In this document: piece after piece, positions 17,774 through 27,485 of the stretch
Layout: each line of letters starts with the position of its first letter
How positions within the stretch are numbered: position 1 is the stretch's first letter
Assembly: GCA_034667685.1 (NCBI GenBank)
Contig: JAXDQU010000106.1
Span: 64,001-128,000 of the forward strand
Source: Thermoplasmata archaeon
Lineage (GTDB): Archaea; Thermoplasmatota; SW-10-69-26; JACQPN01; JAJPHT01
Direction of reading: 5' to 3'
DNA: 64,000 bases
Translations under genes and position numbers: made by a program
The notes under the pieces: generated by a model
Seen by the model: only the letters and a program-made list of their open reading frames with translations
The model's database searches: none
What the model was told of the DNA's origin: nothing

Positions 17774-18082
17774 TCACCCGAAGGCGGGGTCCCGCTCGTC
17801 GCGCGGCTTGGCCGGCGCGGGGCGGCGCTCGCGCAGCCTGGCGACCTCCTTGGCCGGGAGGCCCACGTGGGTCGCGCCCGCGCCGCTCAACGCCACGTAG
17901 GTCTCCTCGCCGAGCCGCTCGGCGACGACGAGCCCCTGCGCGACGAGGCGCTTCGTCTCGCGCTCGACCTGGTCCTGCCGCGTGGCCAGCGCCAGCGCGA
18001 CTTGCCTGGTCGTGATGGGCCAGCGCTCGCCCAGGAGCAGCAGGATGCGCGAGGCCAGCGAGCCGCCCTTGACCTGCGCCAC
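17774..18082 (-). CDS. small winged-HTH protein
   Basis: RILLLL...PITTRQVALAL...VERETKRLVAQGLV pattern. Confidence 0.65.
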   Translation of the reverse strand: MAQVKGGSLASRILLLLGERWPITTRQVALALATRQDQVERETKRLVAQGLVVAERLGEETYVALSGAGATHVGLPAKEVARLRERRPAPAKPRDERDPAFG

Positions 18083-18088
18083 GCGCGC

Positions 18089-19135
18089 TCACCGTCCGGG
18101 CCGCAGCAGGAGCAGGTCGCCCTCGTGGCGGAGCACCTTGACGGTCTCGCCCACGGCGTCGGTCCCCTCGGGGCGCAGCACGGTGACGGTCTGGTAGGTG
18201 ACGGGGTCGAGGAGCTGGAGCTCGGCGCCCAGGTCCGCGACGACGATGGCGTCGAGCGCGTCCTCGGCCTTCAGCACGAGCGCCTTGTCGACGGCGTCGC
18301 GGTCGAGGTGCTTCATGCGCCCGGTGCGCAGGTCGAGCGCCTGGACCGTGCGCGTGCCCACGCTGGTGATCTGCGCGGGCTCCTCCTTGACCACGACGAC
18401 GTCGCCCGTCTTGTACTCGGGCAGGCGCACGGCGAAGGTGAGGCGCACGAGGTCGAGGCCGTCCTTCTGGCCGACCGTCTTGGCATGTTCCGTGATCTTT
18501 CCGCCCCACGTTTGGGCGATCTCGCGTGCGAGCATGCGGCCCGCGTTCGTGGTGCCCATGTAGACGTCGAGGCCGCGGTCGATCTCCTCGTCGCGCAGCA
18601 CGAAAGCGTTGCGGTCGCCGTCGCCCACGACGCGCTCGATGAAGCGCGAGGCGAGCGCCTTGAGCGCGCGCATCTCGGCGCCCACGATGGCGCGCTTGGT
18701 GGCGCGGATCTGCACGATGGCCTCGTAGTAGCCGCCCTGGATGCGGCTGCACCGGACGCACGTGCCGTTCTTGACGCGGCTGCGCGTCTTCAGCTCGGTC
18801 TCGAAGGAGACGCCCTCGGCGGTTCCACGAGCGATCACGCGCACGCTGAAGTTGCGCTCGTCCTCGGGGACGATGTCGATCTGCGTGCGGGGCGCCTCGA
18901 CGACCTTGGCCCACTGGATGCCCTCGCGCACGGCGTCCTCGACGATGGGCTCCATGCGCCCGTGCCCCTCGATCCAGACCTCGCCCTTCTTGCGCGCGTG
19001 GCAGTGGACGCACACCTCGAGGTCGACGTGGTCGCGGACGGACGCCAGCGTGGTCTTGGCGACGTAGCAGGAGGCGCAGACGCCGCCGCGCAGCTCCTCG
19101 AAGGGCTTCTCCTGGCCGCAGACAACGCAGAACAT
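18089..19135 (-). CDS. nmd3: NMD3 family ribosome biogenesis protein
   Basis: Four CxxC pairs, CSRIQGGYYEAIVQIR, C-terminal SH3/OB regions. Confidence 0.93.
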   Translation of the reverse strand: MFCVVCGQEKPFEELRGGVCASCYVAKTTLASVRDHVDLEVCVHCHARKKGEVWIEGHGRMEPIVEDAVREGIQWAKVVEAPRTQIDIVPEDERNFSVRVIARGTAEGVSFETELKTRSRVKNGTCVRCSRIQGGYYEAIVQIRATKRAIVGAEMRALKALASRFIERVVGDGDRNAFVLRDEEIDRGLDVYMGTTNAGRMLAREIAQTWGGKITEHAKTVGQKDGLDLVRLTFAVRLPEYKTGDVVVVKEEPAQITSVGTRTVQALDLRTGRMKHLDRDAVDKALVLKAEDALDAIVVADLGAELQLLDPVTYQTVTVLRPEGTDAVGETVKVLRHEGDLLLLRPGR

Positions 19136-19172
19136 TGGGATTACCAACTCTTACTACCTTGGTATCAGATTG

Positions 19173-19484
19173 CTACGCCGTGCACATCTGGGCGTGGGGC
19201 ACGCCGTCGATGTCGAGCACGTTGTCGGGATCCACGTAGCCGTGCTGGATGGCGAGCGTGACGGCGCCGACACCCACGAGGTTCGCGATGGTGCACGAGG
19301 CCAGCCCGCGCAGCACGTCCTGCGCGTCGGCGTGGTCCGTGCCGTAGAAGTGCTCGCTCACGAGGAGGCGCATGTTGCCCTCCCGGAACTCCTTGCCCAC
19401 GAGGGTCGCGTCGCTCACGGCGACGAGGACCTCGCGGCCCTGCCGGTGGATGCGCATCCGGAAGGGGGGCGCCTCGGCCTGCAT
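19173..19484 (-). CDS. DUF424 family protein
   Basis: VLVAVSD..LVGK, VSEHFYG, IANLVG, IDGVPHAQ; conserved neighbour of nmd3. Confidence 0.9.
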   Translation of the reverse strand: MQAEAPPFRMRIHRQGREVLVAVSDATLVGKEFREGNMRLLVSEHFYGTDHADAQDVLRGLASCTIANLVGVGAVTLAIQHGYVDPDNVLDIDGVPHAQMCTA

Positions 19485-19546
19485 GGGGGCGCGTAGGCCC
19501 TCCGCCTTTTAAATGTCGCTTGCGGCCTGGCGGGCGTCCGACAGCT

Positions 19547-21994
19547 TTAGTTCGAGGAGGGCCGAGCGCGTTTCGGCGCGACGTCCTGCGGCTGATTCTC
19601 AGCCTCCCCAAACCGCCGCAGGGCGCTCGTGCCTGTTCTCGCGTTCTCCTCCGCCTCGCGGATCCACGCGCGGCCTTCGTCGTCGTCCAGGCGCGAGAGG
19701 GCGCGGGCCGCCAGTGGGGAAGGGCCGTCTTCCCGCAGGGCGAGCCCTTCGTCGAGGATGCGCGCGCGGAGCGCCTCGGCGCCGGCGAGGTCGAGCGCGT
19801 CGTGGAGCACCTCCTTCCAGGCCTCCTCGAGCATCGGGTGGTCGGGGCGCTCGCGCTCGACGAGGTCCAGGAGTTGCTCCTCGCGCCGCTGGCGCGCGAC
19901 GCGCCGCATGGGACCGTGCTTCTCGACGAGGAAGCTGCGCACGGCGACGTGGCGGAAGCGGCGCGCCAGGAGCGGAGAGCCGGCGAGCGCGCGGCGCAGG
20001 TCCTCCTCGATGGGCAGCGCGAGATGCCTGGCGAGGCTGCGCGCGGTGGGATGCCACGAGCGCGGGCCGAGGATCGCGAAGCCCAGGTCGCCCGCGCGCG
20101 GCGTGCCGCCCAGGCGGTGCGCGAGCGCGCGGGCGAGCGGCTCGTGCGCGCGCCGGCCGGCGACGCCGTGCACCACGAGCGCGCGGCGGCCGTCGTGGTG
20201 AAGGAACGTCTCGGCCGGGACGCCGTCGAGGAAAGCCGGTAGGGAAGCCCGCCAACGCAAGAACGCATTCCAAGCCTCGGCTGTATCGGTACTGACGTAA
20301 CCCGGTGAGCCGAATAGCATCTGGCGCGTGGCGTCGGCCACGAGCGGCGTCATGCCGAGCCCCTCGCCGCTCCACTCCGGGACCGTGGCCTCCTTCCCGC
20401 GCGCGGGCGCCACGTGTAGCGCGCGCCCCACGCGGGCGAGGTACGTCCAGTTGCGCCCGCCGAGGCGGAAGACGTCGCCCTCGTCGAGGAACGCGGCGAA
20501 GTCAGCCTCGATCTCGCCCACGAACCGCTCGCCTTCGAGCACGCGGACCCGCGCGTCGTCGGGGATCGTCCCCGCCTGCACGTGGTACGTCATGCGCGCG
20601 TTGCCGCGGCGCGCGAAGGTGGCGCCCTCGCGCCGCACGTAGGGCTCGCTCGCGAGCGCCCGGTCGTGGGATGCCGCGTCGAGCGCGCGGTAGGGCCACG
20701 CGCGGCGCACGAGCGCGCGCTCGGCCTCGACGTCGCGCGGGCCCGCGAGCGCGGCGCCCACGGCGTCCTGCGCGAGCACGTCGAGCGGCGTGGGCGGGAT
20801 GCGCAGGGGCTCCAGCGCGCGCTGGGCGACGAGCCGCTGGAGCGCGAACGCCTCCGCGAGGTCGGCCGGGTCCTCCACGAGGAGCGTGCCCTCGGGGCGC
20901 TCGCCCACGGCGTGGCGGCTGCGGCCGAGGCGCTGCACCGCGCGGGCGCACGAGCGCGGGCTTCCGAGCAGCACGACGTGGTCCACGGACTTGATATCGA
21001 GGCCGAGCTCCAGGCTGCTGCTCGCGACGACGCAGCGCAGCTCGCCCCGCGCGAGGCGCGCCTCCACGCGTTGCCGCTCCTCGCGGCTCATGCTGCCGTG
21101 GTGCGTCTCGACCTGCCGGGGCTCGTCCTCCTGGCCCAATGCCATCGCGATCTCCTCGGCGCGGGCGCGCGTGTTGGTGAAGACGATGGTGGTCGCGTGC
21201 GCGGCGACGATCGCGCGGAGCTTCGCCAGCAGCGCGTCCCTGGTCTCGCCGTCCCGCGCGCGCACCGGGTCCGGGTGGGCCAGCGCGACGTGCAGGAGCG
21301 GCGCCTGCGCGGCCGGGACGTGGACGATCCGGCAGGGCCGGCCGCCCGTGAGGAACGCGGCCGCCTCCTCCAGCGGGGTGACGGTGGCGGAGAGGCCGAT
21401 GCGCACCGGCGGCGCGGGCGTCATGGCCTCCAGGCGCTCCAGCGAGAGGGCGAGCTGCGCGCCGCGCTTCTTGGGCGCGAGGTCGTGCACCTCGTCCACG
21501 AGGACCCAGCGCACGCCCGCGAGCAGGTCGCGCCAGCGCGGCGAGACCAGCAGCAGCGCGAGCGACTCCGGCGTCGTCACGAGGACGTGGGGCGGCGCGC
21601 GGAGCATGCGGGCGCGCTCGCGGGGCTCGGTGTCGCCGGTGCGGATCGCCACGCGGACCTCCGGCGCGGGGAGGCCGTGCGCGAGGGCGTGGGCGCGGAT
21701 GCCCGCGAGCGGCGCCTCCAGGTTGCGCGCCACGTCGTTGACGAGCGCTTTCAACGGAGAGACGTAGATCGCCTGCGGGCCCGCGGGGAGCGCGTCGCCC
21801 TGGCGTGATAGCTCCGAGAGGAGCCAGAGGAAGCCCGCGAGCGTCTTGCCGCTGCCGGTGGGGCTCGCGATGAGCAGGTGCTCGCCCGCCGCCAGCGCGG
21901 GGATGGCCTGCGCCTGCGCGGGGGTCGGCGTGCCGAACGTCGCGCGGAACCACGAGGCGACCGGCGCGTGCAGCCGCGCGAGCGGGTCCTCCAT
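19547..21994 (-). CDS. lhr: Lhr-family ATP-dependent helicase
   Basis: PTGSGKT, YVSPLKAL, RTGDT, TTPESL, DEVH, LSAT, HHGS, LELGLD, QRLGRS, GTIPD. Confidence 0.92.
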   Translation of the reverse strand: MEDPLARLHAPVASWFRATFGTPTPAQAQAIPALAAGEHLLIASPTGSGKTLAGFLWLLSELSRQGDALPAGPQAIYVSPLKALVNDVARNLEAPLAGIRAHALAHGLPAPEVRVAIRTGDTEPRERARMLRAPPHVLVTTPESLALLLVSPRWRDLLAGVRWVLVDEVHDLAPKKRGAQLALSLERLEAMTPAPPVRIGLSATVTPLEEAAAFLTGGRPCRIVHVPAAQAPLLHVALAHPDPVRARDGETRDALLAKLRAIVAAHATTIVFTNTRARAEEIAMALGQEDEPRQVETHHGSMSREERQRVEARLARGELRCVVASSSLELGLDIKSVDHVVLLGSPRSCARAVQRLGRSRHAVGERPEGTLLVEDPADLAEAFALQRLVAQRALEPLRIPPTPLDVLAQDAVGAALAGPRDVEAERALVRRAWPYRALDAASHDRALASEPYVRREGATFARRGNARMTYHVQAGTIPDDARVRVLEGERFVGEIEADFAAFLDEGDVFRLGGRNWTYLARVGRALHVAPARGKEATVPEWSGEGLGMTPLVADATRQMLFGSPGYVSTDTAEAWNAFLRWRASLPAFLDGVPAETFLHHDGRRALVVHGVAGRRAHEPLARALAHRLGGTPRAGDLGFAILGPRSWHPTARSLARHLALPIEEDLRRALAGSPLLARRFRHVAVRSFLVEKHGPMRRVARQRREEQLLDLVERERPDHPMLEEAWKEVLHDALDLAGAEALRARILDEGLALREDGPSPLAARALSRLDDDEGRAWIREAEENARTGTSALRRFGEAENQPQDVAPKRARPSSN

Positions 21995-22018
21995 GCGCCG
22001 ATCCAGAGCGCTTCCGGG

Positions 22019-25000
22019 CTAAAGCCTTCTCCGGAGGTCGCCGCGAGTGCCCAGCGCGGCCAGCGCGAGCGCGGCCAGCGGCGCGAGGACGGGCATCGGC
22101 GCGTCGTGCGGGCTGGCCGGGGGTGGCGTGCCGTCCGTGCCCCAGCCCGAGAAGCGCGAGTCGCCCAGCGGGCGCACGATGCGGACGCTCCAGCCGCGGG
22201 CTTCGCTCGCCGCGCCCTCGGGGCCCACGGCGCGCAGGGCGACGTCGTGGTGCCCGGCCGGCAGGTCGCGGGTGGTGGCGTCGAGGCGCCATTCGCCGCC
22301 GCTGGCGTTGAGCGGGGTCCACGTGCCCGCGTCGAGGCGCCATTCGACGGTGCCGTTGTCCGCGAGGCGCCCCGCGGCGTGGACGAGGCCGTACGCGATG
22401 GGCGCGGGGGGCTCGTCGACGACGAGCGCGGGCGGGGGGCGCGCGACCTGGATCTCGACGCGCGCCTCCTTCTTGGCGTCGATGCCGTGGTAGGCGTCGA
22501 CGAGCGCGACGTGGAGGCCGGGCGTCATGCCGCGCAGCGGGACGGTGAAGGCGATCGGCTGGCCCACGACGTCCTGCCAGGGTCCCGCGTCGAGGCGCCA
22601 GCGGACGGCGGTGACGTTCTGCGGGTGGTAGGCGCTGCCCTGGAGGTCGTAGTCGGCGCCGACGGGGTCGAGGGGCGCGTTGGCCACGGTCAGGACGAGC
22701 GCCTGGTCCTGCGCGCCGTTGGCGATGGTGATCGGGACGCTGGCGAGGCCTTCGGCGCCGGCTTCGTCGACGACGCGGGCGACGAGCCGGTAGTCGCCGT
22801 CGGGGAACGCGGTGCTATCAAGGAGGAGCCGCCAGTTGGCGAGGCCCTGCGCGGGCATCCAGGGGGAGGGGCCCAGCGCGTAGGTGCGCGTGCCGGAGCG
22901 GAGCTGGACCTCCACCCGGGTGAGGTTGCGGGGGCCTTCGGCGTGGCCCAGGAGGGCGACGGAGCCGCGGAGCGGGTCGCTGGGGAGGGGTTTCCCGATG
23001 GCGATCGTGGGGGGCGCGAGGCTGGGCGGGGCGGGGTCGACCTGGATGGCGAGCTGGGCGGTGGCGGTGGCGCCTTCGTCGTCGAGGACGGTGAGCTTGG
23101 CGGCGTAGACGCCCGGCGCGGGGTAGACGAACGTGCAGCGGGTGGCGGCGCCGTCGCAGTCGGGGAGGCCGTCGCCGTCGGCGTCGAATTGATAGCGCGC
23201 GAGGCGGCCGTCGGGGTCGCGGCTCGCGTCGGCGACGAGCGTGAGGGGCCAGCCGGAGACGCCGGTGGGCGCGGTGAGGTTGGCCTGCGGGGGGACGTTG
23301 GCGATGCGCAGCGTGGTGTTGGCCTCCGCGGTGGCGCCGGCGGCGTTGCGCGCGACGAGGGAGACGACGTAGTCGCCCGCCCTGGCGTAGGCGTGCGTGG
23401 GCTCCAGCCCGGTCGCGTTCGTTCCGTCGCCGAAGTCCCACGCGAGCGAGGCGATCCCGCCCATGGCGTCGTTGCCCACGGCGCGGAACGAGACGGGCTC
23501 CAGCGCGCGCGGGTCGGCGGGCGCCGCGAGGATGGCGCGCACCTGCGGCGCGGCGTCGCCCACGAGGATTTGGCGGGTCAGGTTGGCGCTCAGGCCCCAG
23601 TCGTCGGTGATCGTGAGCGTCACGTCGTACGCGCCGGGGGCGGGGAAGGCGTGCGCGACGTCGCGCCCCCAGGCGCCGAAGCTCCACGACCAGTTGACGA
23701 TATCACCGTCGGGCTTGCGCGAGAGGTCGAGGAAGCCCACGGGCTCGCCGGCGCGCGGGGCCAGGGGCGCCCAGGTGAACGCCGGCGTGGGCGCGACGTC
23801 CTGCACGTCGACGAGCTGTGTCGCGGTCGCGGTGGCGCCGGGCGCGTCCTGCACGGTGAGGGAGACGACGTGCGGCCCGCGCGCGACGAAGCGGTGCGTG
23901 GGGCTCGCGTCCGCGCTGGCGGCTCCGTCGCCGAAATCCCAGTGGCGCGCCACGAGCTGCCCCTCGGGGTCGAACGAGTCGTCCTCGAAGCTCACCTCAT
24001 CGAGCAGCGTGGGCGCGGCGGGCGCGAGGCGGAGGCGCGCGACGGGCGGCGCGTTGGCGATGGCGACGAGCGCGCTGGCGACGGGGCTCGCGGCGCCGCG
24101 GTCGTCGTAGACGGTGAGGTTCGCGCGGTAGAGCCCCTCCTGCGCGTAGCGGTGCGCCACGCTTGGCGAGGCGCCGCTCGCGGTCGCGCCGTCGCCGAAC
24201 TGCCAGGCGTAGCGGACCACGCGCCCGTCGGCGTCGGAGGCGTCGGCCCGGAACGAGGTGTCCGCGACCGCGAGCCCCGCGTCGACGTGGAGCGCGGCGA
24301 TGGGGGCCCGGTTGAGGGCGACGAGCGAGGCGTCGAGCGTGGCGGCGCGGCCGTGGTCGTCGTGCGCGAGGACGCGCAGCGCGTGGCCGCCAGGCGAGGC
24401 GAGCGCGACCTGCGCGGTGGCGCCCCGCGCGACGTCGACGCCATCGAGCGTCCAATGCGCGTCGGGATCGGCGGGCGCCAGGGAGAACGACAGCGGCGTC
24501 CCGGTGGGGCGCGGCGCCTCGTCGCCCGCGATGCCGGCGGAGCGGGGCGTCCGCACCGCGAAGGCGGACTCGCGCGGCGCGCCCTGCTGGCCGGCGCCGT
24601 CCACGGGCGTCGCGCGGACGACGTGCGTGCCCGAAAGGAGGCCGTCGACCTGCACCTGCCACGTCCACGCGCCGCCGTGCGCGGGTGCCGAGACGGGGGG
24701 CGCATCGTCGAGCGAGACGAGCACGCGCGCCGTGGAGGGGGAGACGACGCCGCGCGCGAGGATGCACGGCCCGGGGCACGAAGGATCGCCCGCGGAGCCG
24801 AACGCGTCGCCAGGTTGGGGCGCCTGGATCGCGAGCGTGGGCGGCGGGGTCGCGCCCGCGGCGACGTCGGACAGGGCCGGGAGGCTCGTCGCGTCGTCGC
24901 GGTGCGCGATCGCCACGAGGCGCGTGAGGCCCGCGGGGAGGTCGACGCTCGCGCGCCAGGCGGAGCCCACGAGCGTCGCGGGGATCGTCCGGTCGCCGAC

Positions 25001-25540
25001 GCGCACCTCCACGCTCGTGGCGTTGAGCGCGAGCCCGGCGACCTCGGTGGGGCCCGCGGGAAGCCCCGCGCCGTCGGGGGGCGCCGCGATGCGCGCGGTG
25101 GGGGGCGCGTCCGGCGCGGCGCGGACGAGGGCGCGCGCGGGCAGGGAGAACGAGTCGCCGTCCCAGGCACGGACCTCGAGAAGATGGTCGCCCGCGTCGA
25201 GGTCGAGCGGCGCGAGGAAGGGGACCTCGGGCGCGCCGCGGACGACGTCGGGCAGGCTCTCCCAGCGGCCGCCATCGACGCGCAGCTCGACGTCGTGCAC
25301 CGTCTGGCCCGGAGCGGCGCGCGCGTCCCCCGCGAGCGTCACGTGGAGCGCCACGCCCTCGCCGTCCGCGGGCGCGTCGAGGCGGAGCGTGGGCGGCGCC
25401 GGAAGCGCATTGGCCGCGAGCGGATCCACGAGGAACGCCGCGAGGCGCGAGCCCTGGCCGATCACCAGCGGGATCGACGCGGCGAGGAGGACGCCCAGGA
25501 CGAGGAGCGCAATCCACCCCGGCCGCTTCAGAGGAGGCAC
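22019..25540 (-). CDS. large surface protein with multiple PKD/Ig-like domains and a C-terminal sorting-like tail
   Basis: Repeated W.FGDG...H.Y...G.Y.V.LTV.D PKD motifs; tail APMP-hydrophobic-RRR. Confidence 0.88.
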   Translation of the reverse strand: MPPLKRPGWIALLVLGVLLAASIPLVIGQGSRLAAFLVDPLAANALPAPPTLRLDAPADGEGVALHVTLAGDARAAPGQTVHDVELRVDGGRWESLPDVVRGAPEVPFLAPLDLDAGDHLLEVRAWDGDSFSLPARALVRAAPDAPPTARIAAPPDGAGLPAGPTEVAGLALNATSVEVRVGDRTIPATLVGSAWRASVDLPAGLTRLVAIAHRDDATSLPALSDVAAGATPPPTLAIQAPQPGDAFGSAGDPSCPGPCILARGVVSPSTARVLVSLDDAPPVSAPAHGGAWTWQVQVDGLLSGTHVVRATPVDGAGQQGAPRESAFAVRTPRSAGIAGDEAPRPTGTPLSFSLAPADPDAHWTLDGVDVARGATAQVALASPGGHALRVLAHDDHGRAATLDASLVALNRAPIAALHVDAGLAVADTSFRADASDADGRVVRYAWQFGDGATASGASPSVAHRYAQEGLYRANLTVYDDRGAASPVASALVAIANAPPVARLRLAPAAPTLLDEVSFEDDSFDPEGQLVARHWDFGDGAASADASPTHRFVARGPHVVSLTVQDAPGATATATQLVDVQDVAPTPAFTWAPLAPRAGEPVGFLDLSRKPDGDIVNWSWSFGAWGRDVAHAFPAPGAYDVTLTITDDWGLSANLTRQILVGDAAPQVRAILAAPADPRALEPVSFRAVGNDAMGGIASLAWDFGDGTNATGLEPTHAYARAGDYVVSLVARNAAGATAEANTTLRIANVPPQANLTAPTGVSGWPLTLVADASRDPDGRLARYQFDADGDGLPDCDGAATRCTFVYPAPGVYAAKLTVLDDEGATATAQLAIQVDPAPPSLAPPTIAIGKPLPSDPLRGSVALLGHAEGPRNLTRVEVQLRSGTRTYALGPSPWMPAQGLANWRLLLDSTAFPDGDYRLVARVVDEAGAEGLASVPITIANGAQDQALVLTVANAPLDPVGADYDLQGSAYHPQNVTAVRWRLDAGPWQDVVGQPIAFTVPLRGMTPGLHVALVDAYHGIDAKKEARVEIQVARPPPALVVDEPPAPIAYGLVHAAGRLADNGTVEWRLDAGTWTPLNASGGEWRLDATTRDLPAGHHDVALRAVGPEGAASEARGWSVRIVRPLGDSRFSGWGTDGTPPPASPHDAPMPVLAPLAALALAALGTRGDLRRRL

Positions 25541-25971
25541 GCCCCGTCGCCGCAGCCCGAGGAGAGGTCGGTGATCGTGAACGCCGCGGGCTCCTGGCCG
25601 CAGTCGACCTGATGGCCCGCGAGGCGGACCGTGATATCAAAACGCGCGCCCGCGATCGGGTCGACGCTCAGCGTCCACGCCCCCTCGTCGAGGATCGCGC
25701 CCTGGCCCGGGAGCGGAAGCGGGGAGGAGATCGTGCGCTCGCCGTGGGTGGCGCGCATCGCGAAGAGCGCCGGGCCCGCCTCGGTGGCATCGACGCAGAC
25801 CACGACGCCCGCGGGGACCTCGACGCGCCACGACGCGGCGTCGAGCGGGGTGGGGTCGGCCACGAGACCCCGGACGTGGCGCGTGGCGACCGAGGCGATC
25901 TCGCCGCCCGCGAGCGGAACGAGGAGCGCCGCGGCGACCAGGATGGGGACAAGCCTCGCGCTGGCTCGCAT
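25528..25971 (-). CDS. secreted hypothetical protein
   Basis: Signal peptide, 4 Cys, overlaps the start of the PKD gene. Confidence 0.6.
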   Translation of the reverse strand: MRASARLVPILVAAALLVPLAGGEIASVATRHVRGLVADPTPLDAASWRVEVPAGVVVCVDATEAGPALFAMRATHGERTISSPLPLPGQGAILDEGAWTLSVDPIAGARFDITVRLAGHQVDCGQEPAAFTITDLSSGCGDGACLL

Positions 25972-26266
25972 GCACGCCTCCACCCTGCCAGGCAGCCCGG
26001 ACGGGGATACGGTTTCGCGTGTCACGCCGAGGTGCACGCAGCTTGTACGTGACTTCGGTGACTCAGACCGGCAGAACCGGACTCGCTTAACTCAGGCTCA
26101 GGAATGCCCATTTCTTTTTCCTTTTCTCTGGAACCGCCCGAAGAATGCGCTTCAGGCACCGGCGATCTCGGCCCGGCATTCCTGGCTGGTCGGGGCGAGG
26201 GCCTCTGGGCCGCCGGAGGGGCGAAACGAGGCGTATTCTAGTGCGAAATCCAAACCGGCCAGATTT

Positions 26267-26308
26267 AACTAGGGAAGCAACTAGACGACCAACTAGGTGA
26301 GTCACTAG
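26267..26308 (+). promoter_or_regulatory. four (A/C)ACTAG direct repeats at exact 12-bp spacing abutting the start codon
   Basis: AACTAG at 26267, 26279 and 26291; CACTAG at 26303; ATG at 26309. Confidence 0.75.
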
Positions 26309-26626
26309 ATGGGGCTCGAAACGCGCGTCTGGCGCACCGGATTCGAATCCAACCTCCTCACGACCGTGCCGAAGGCCGTCCGCGTCCAGTTGAGCCTCGG
26401 GCCGGCGGACCGGCTGCGCTGGAACGTCGAGGGGGGTTACGCGCGGGTGACCAAGGCCGGGGCGGAGGAGGGGGAGGCCACCACCTACCGGCTCTACAAG
26501 CAGACGCGCGGGAACAGCCTCTACACCTCCCTCCCGGCCGCGGTCGCGGAGCAGCTCCGCATGAACGAGCGCTCCCGCGTCGAATGGGAGCTCCAGGGGA
26601 CGGCCGCCCATGTCCGCCGCGCTTGA
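26309..26626 (+). CDS. tandem AbrB/MazE/SpoVT-type DNA-binding protein
   Basis: Two repeats: SNLLTTVPKAVRVQLSLGPADRLRW and NSLYTSLPAAVAEQLRMNERSRVEW. Confidence 0.85.
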   Translation: MGLETRVWRTGFESNLLTTVPKAVRVQLSLGPADRLRWNVEGGYARVTKAGAEEGEATTYRLYKQTRGNSLYTSLPAAVAEQLRMNERSRVEWELQGTAAHVRRA

Positions 26627-27473
26627 CCGGCTCGGCAACGCCCCCGCCGTCCTCCTGGTCGAGGCGCCGCCCGACGCGAAGCGCTTCCGCGCGCTCACGC
26701 GCATCAGCGACGACAAGCTGCGCAGCATCCCGCAGCAGGCGCGCGAATGCGCCGCCTACGTCGAGGGCCTCGGCGCGCCCGCCGCGCTCGACGGCGTCTA
26801 CAACGTCGGCGAGCACAGCGGCTTCAGCATGACCCAGAGCCCCATCTACCAGCAGCTTCTCGCCGACGCGCGCAACGGCCGGTTCCACGCGCTGGTCGTC
26901 CGCGACAGCAGCCGCCTGGGGCGCGACTACTGGGAGAAGATGGGCACGCTGCGCGACCTGCGCGCCGCCAAGATCGAGTTCCACGTCATCGAGGACGGCG
27001 GCGCGTTCGACTTCGAGGACCGCCTCCACAAGGTCAAGAGCTGGGCGAGCACGTGGGCCGACGAGGAGAAGAAGCGCGAGGAGATCCGCAAGTCGCTGCG
27101 CGCCACGCAAGCCTTGCGTGACATGGGCCTTCCCACCGGCCGCCCGCCCTACGGCTACCGCAGCGCGAAGGACGCCAGGCTGGGCCGGCGCGTCTGGCGG
27201 GCGGAGCCGCGCGAGGCCGACGCCGTGCGCGCCCTCTACGCCGCGCTCCTGGCCGAGCCCGCCGCCAACCTCAGCGCGCTGGGCCGCGAGCACGACCTCA
27301 CGCCCAGCCAGGTCGACCGGATCCTCGGCAACCCGTGCTACCAGGGCGGTTTCCTCTGGGAGGGCGCATTCCGCGCCGCGGCGCCGGAGGTCGTGCCGGC
27401 GCTGGTGAGCCCGGAAGAGTTCGCGCGCGTCCAGGCCATCCGGGCCCAGCGTCGCCGCGCGCCGCGCGAGTGA
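26610..27473 (+). CDS. serine recombinase (resolvase catalytic + recombinase domain, no Zn ribbon)
   Basis: RIS catalytic Ser motif, SG, DSSRLGR, GRPPYGY, ILGNPCYQG, PALVS.EEF..VQ. Confidence 0.9.
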   Translation: MSAALDRLGNAPAVLLVEAPPDAKRFRALTRISDDKLRSIPQQARECAAYVEGLGAPAALDGVYNVGEHSGFSMTQSPIYQQLLADARNGRFHALVVRDSSRLGRDYWEKMGTLRDLRAAKIEFHVIEDGGAFDFEDRLHKVKSWASTWADEEKKREEIRKSLRATQALRDMGLPTGRPPYGYRSAKDARLGRRVWRAEPREADAVRALYAALLAEPAANLSALGREHDLTPSQVDRILGNPCYQGGFLWEGAFRAAAPEVVPALVSPEEFARVQAIRAQRRRAPRE

Positions 27474-27485
27474 ACGGCCGCGCCC

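Noticed and set aside
20250-20320. Short AT-richer patches inside genes (also 1960-2000 and 10860-10920)
   Set aside because: Reading frames are intact with no intein or intron hallmarks. The 10.9 kb skewed patch lacks CTAG, so it is a caveat to, not support for, the skew hypothesis.
19547-21994. Lhr (and SNF2 at 54329-56326) as parts of an antiviral defence system
   Set aside because: No adjacent nuclease, DUF1998, methylase or other partner; host-like codons; consistent with repair or housekeeping roles.
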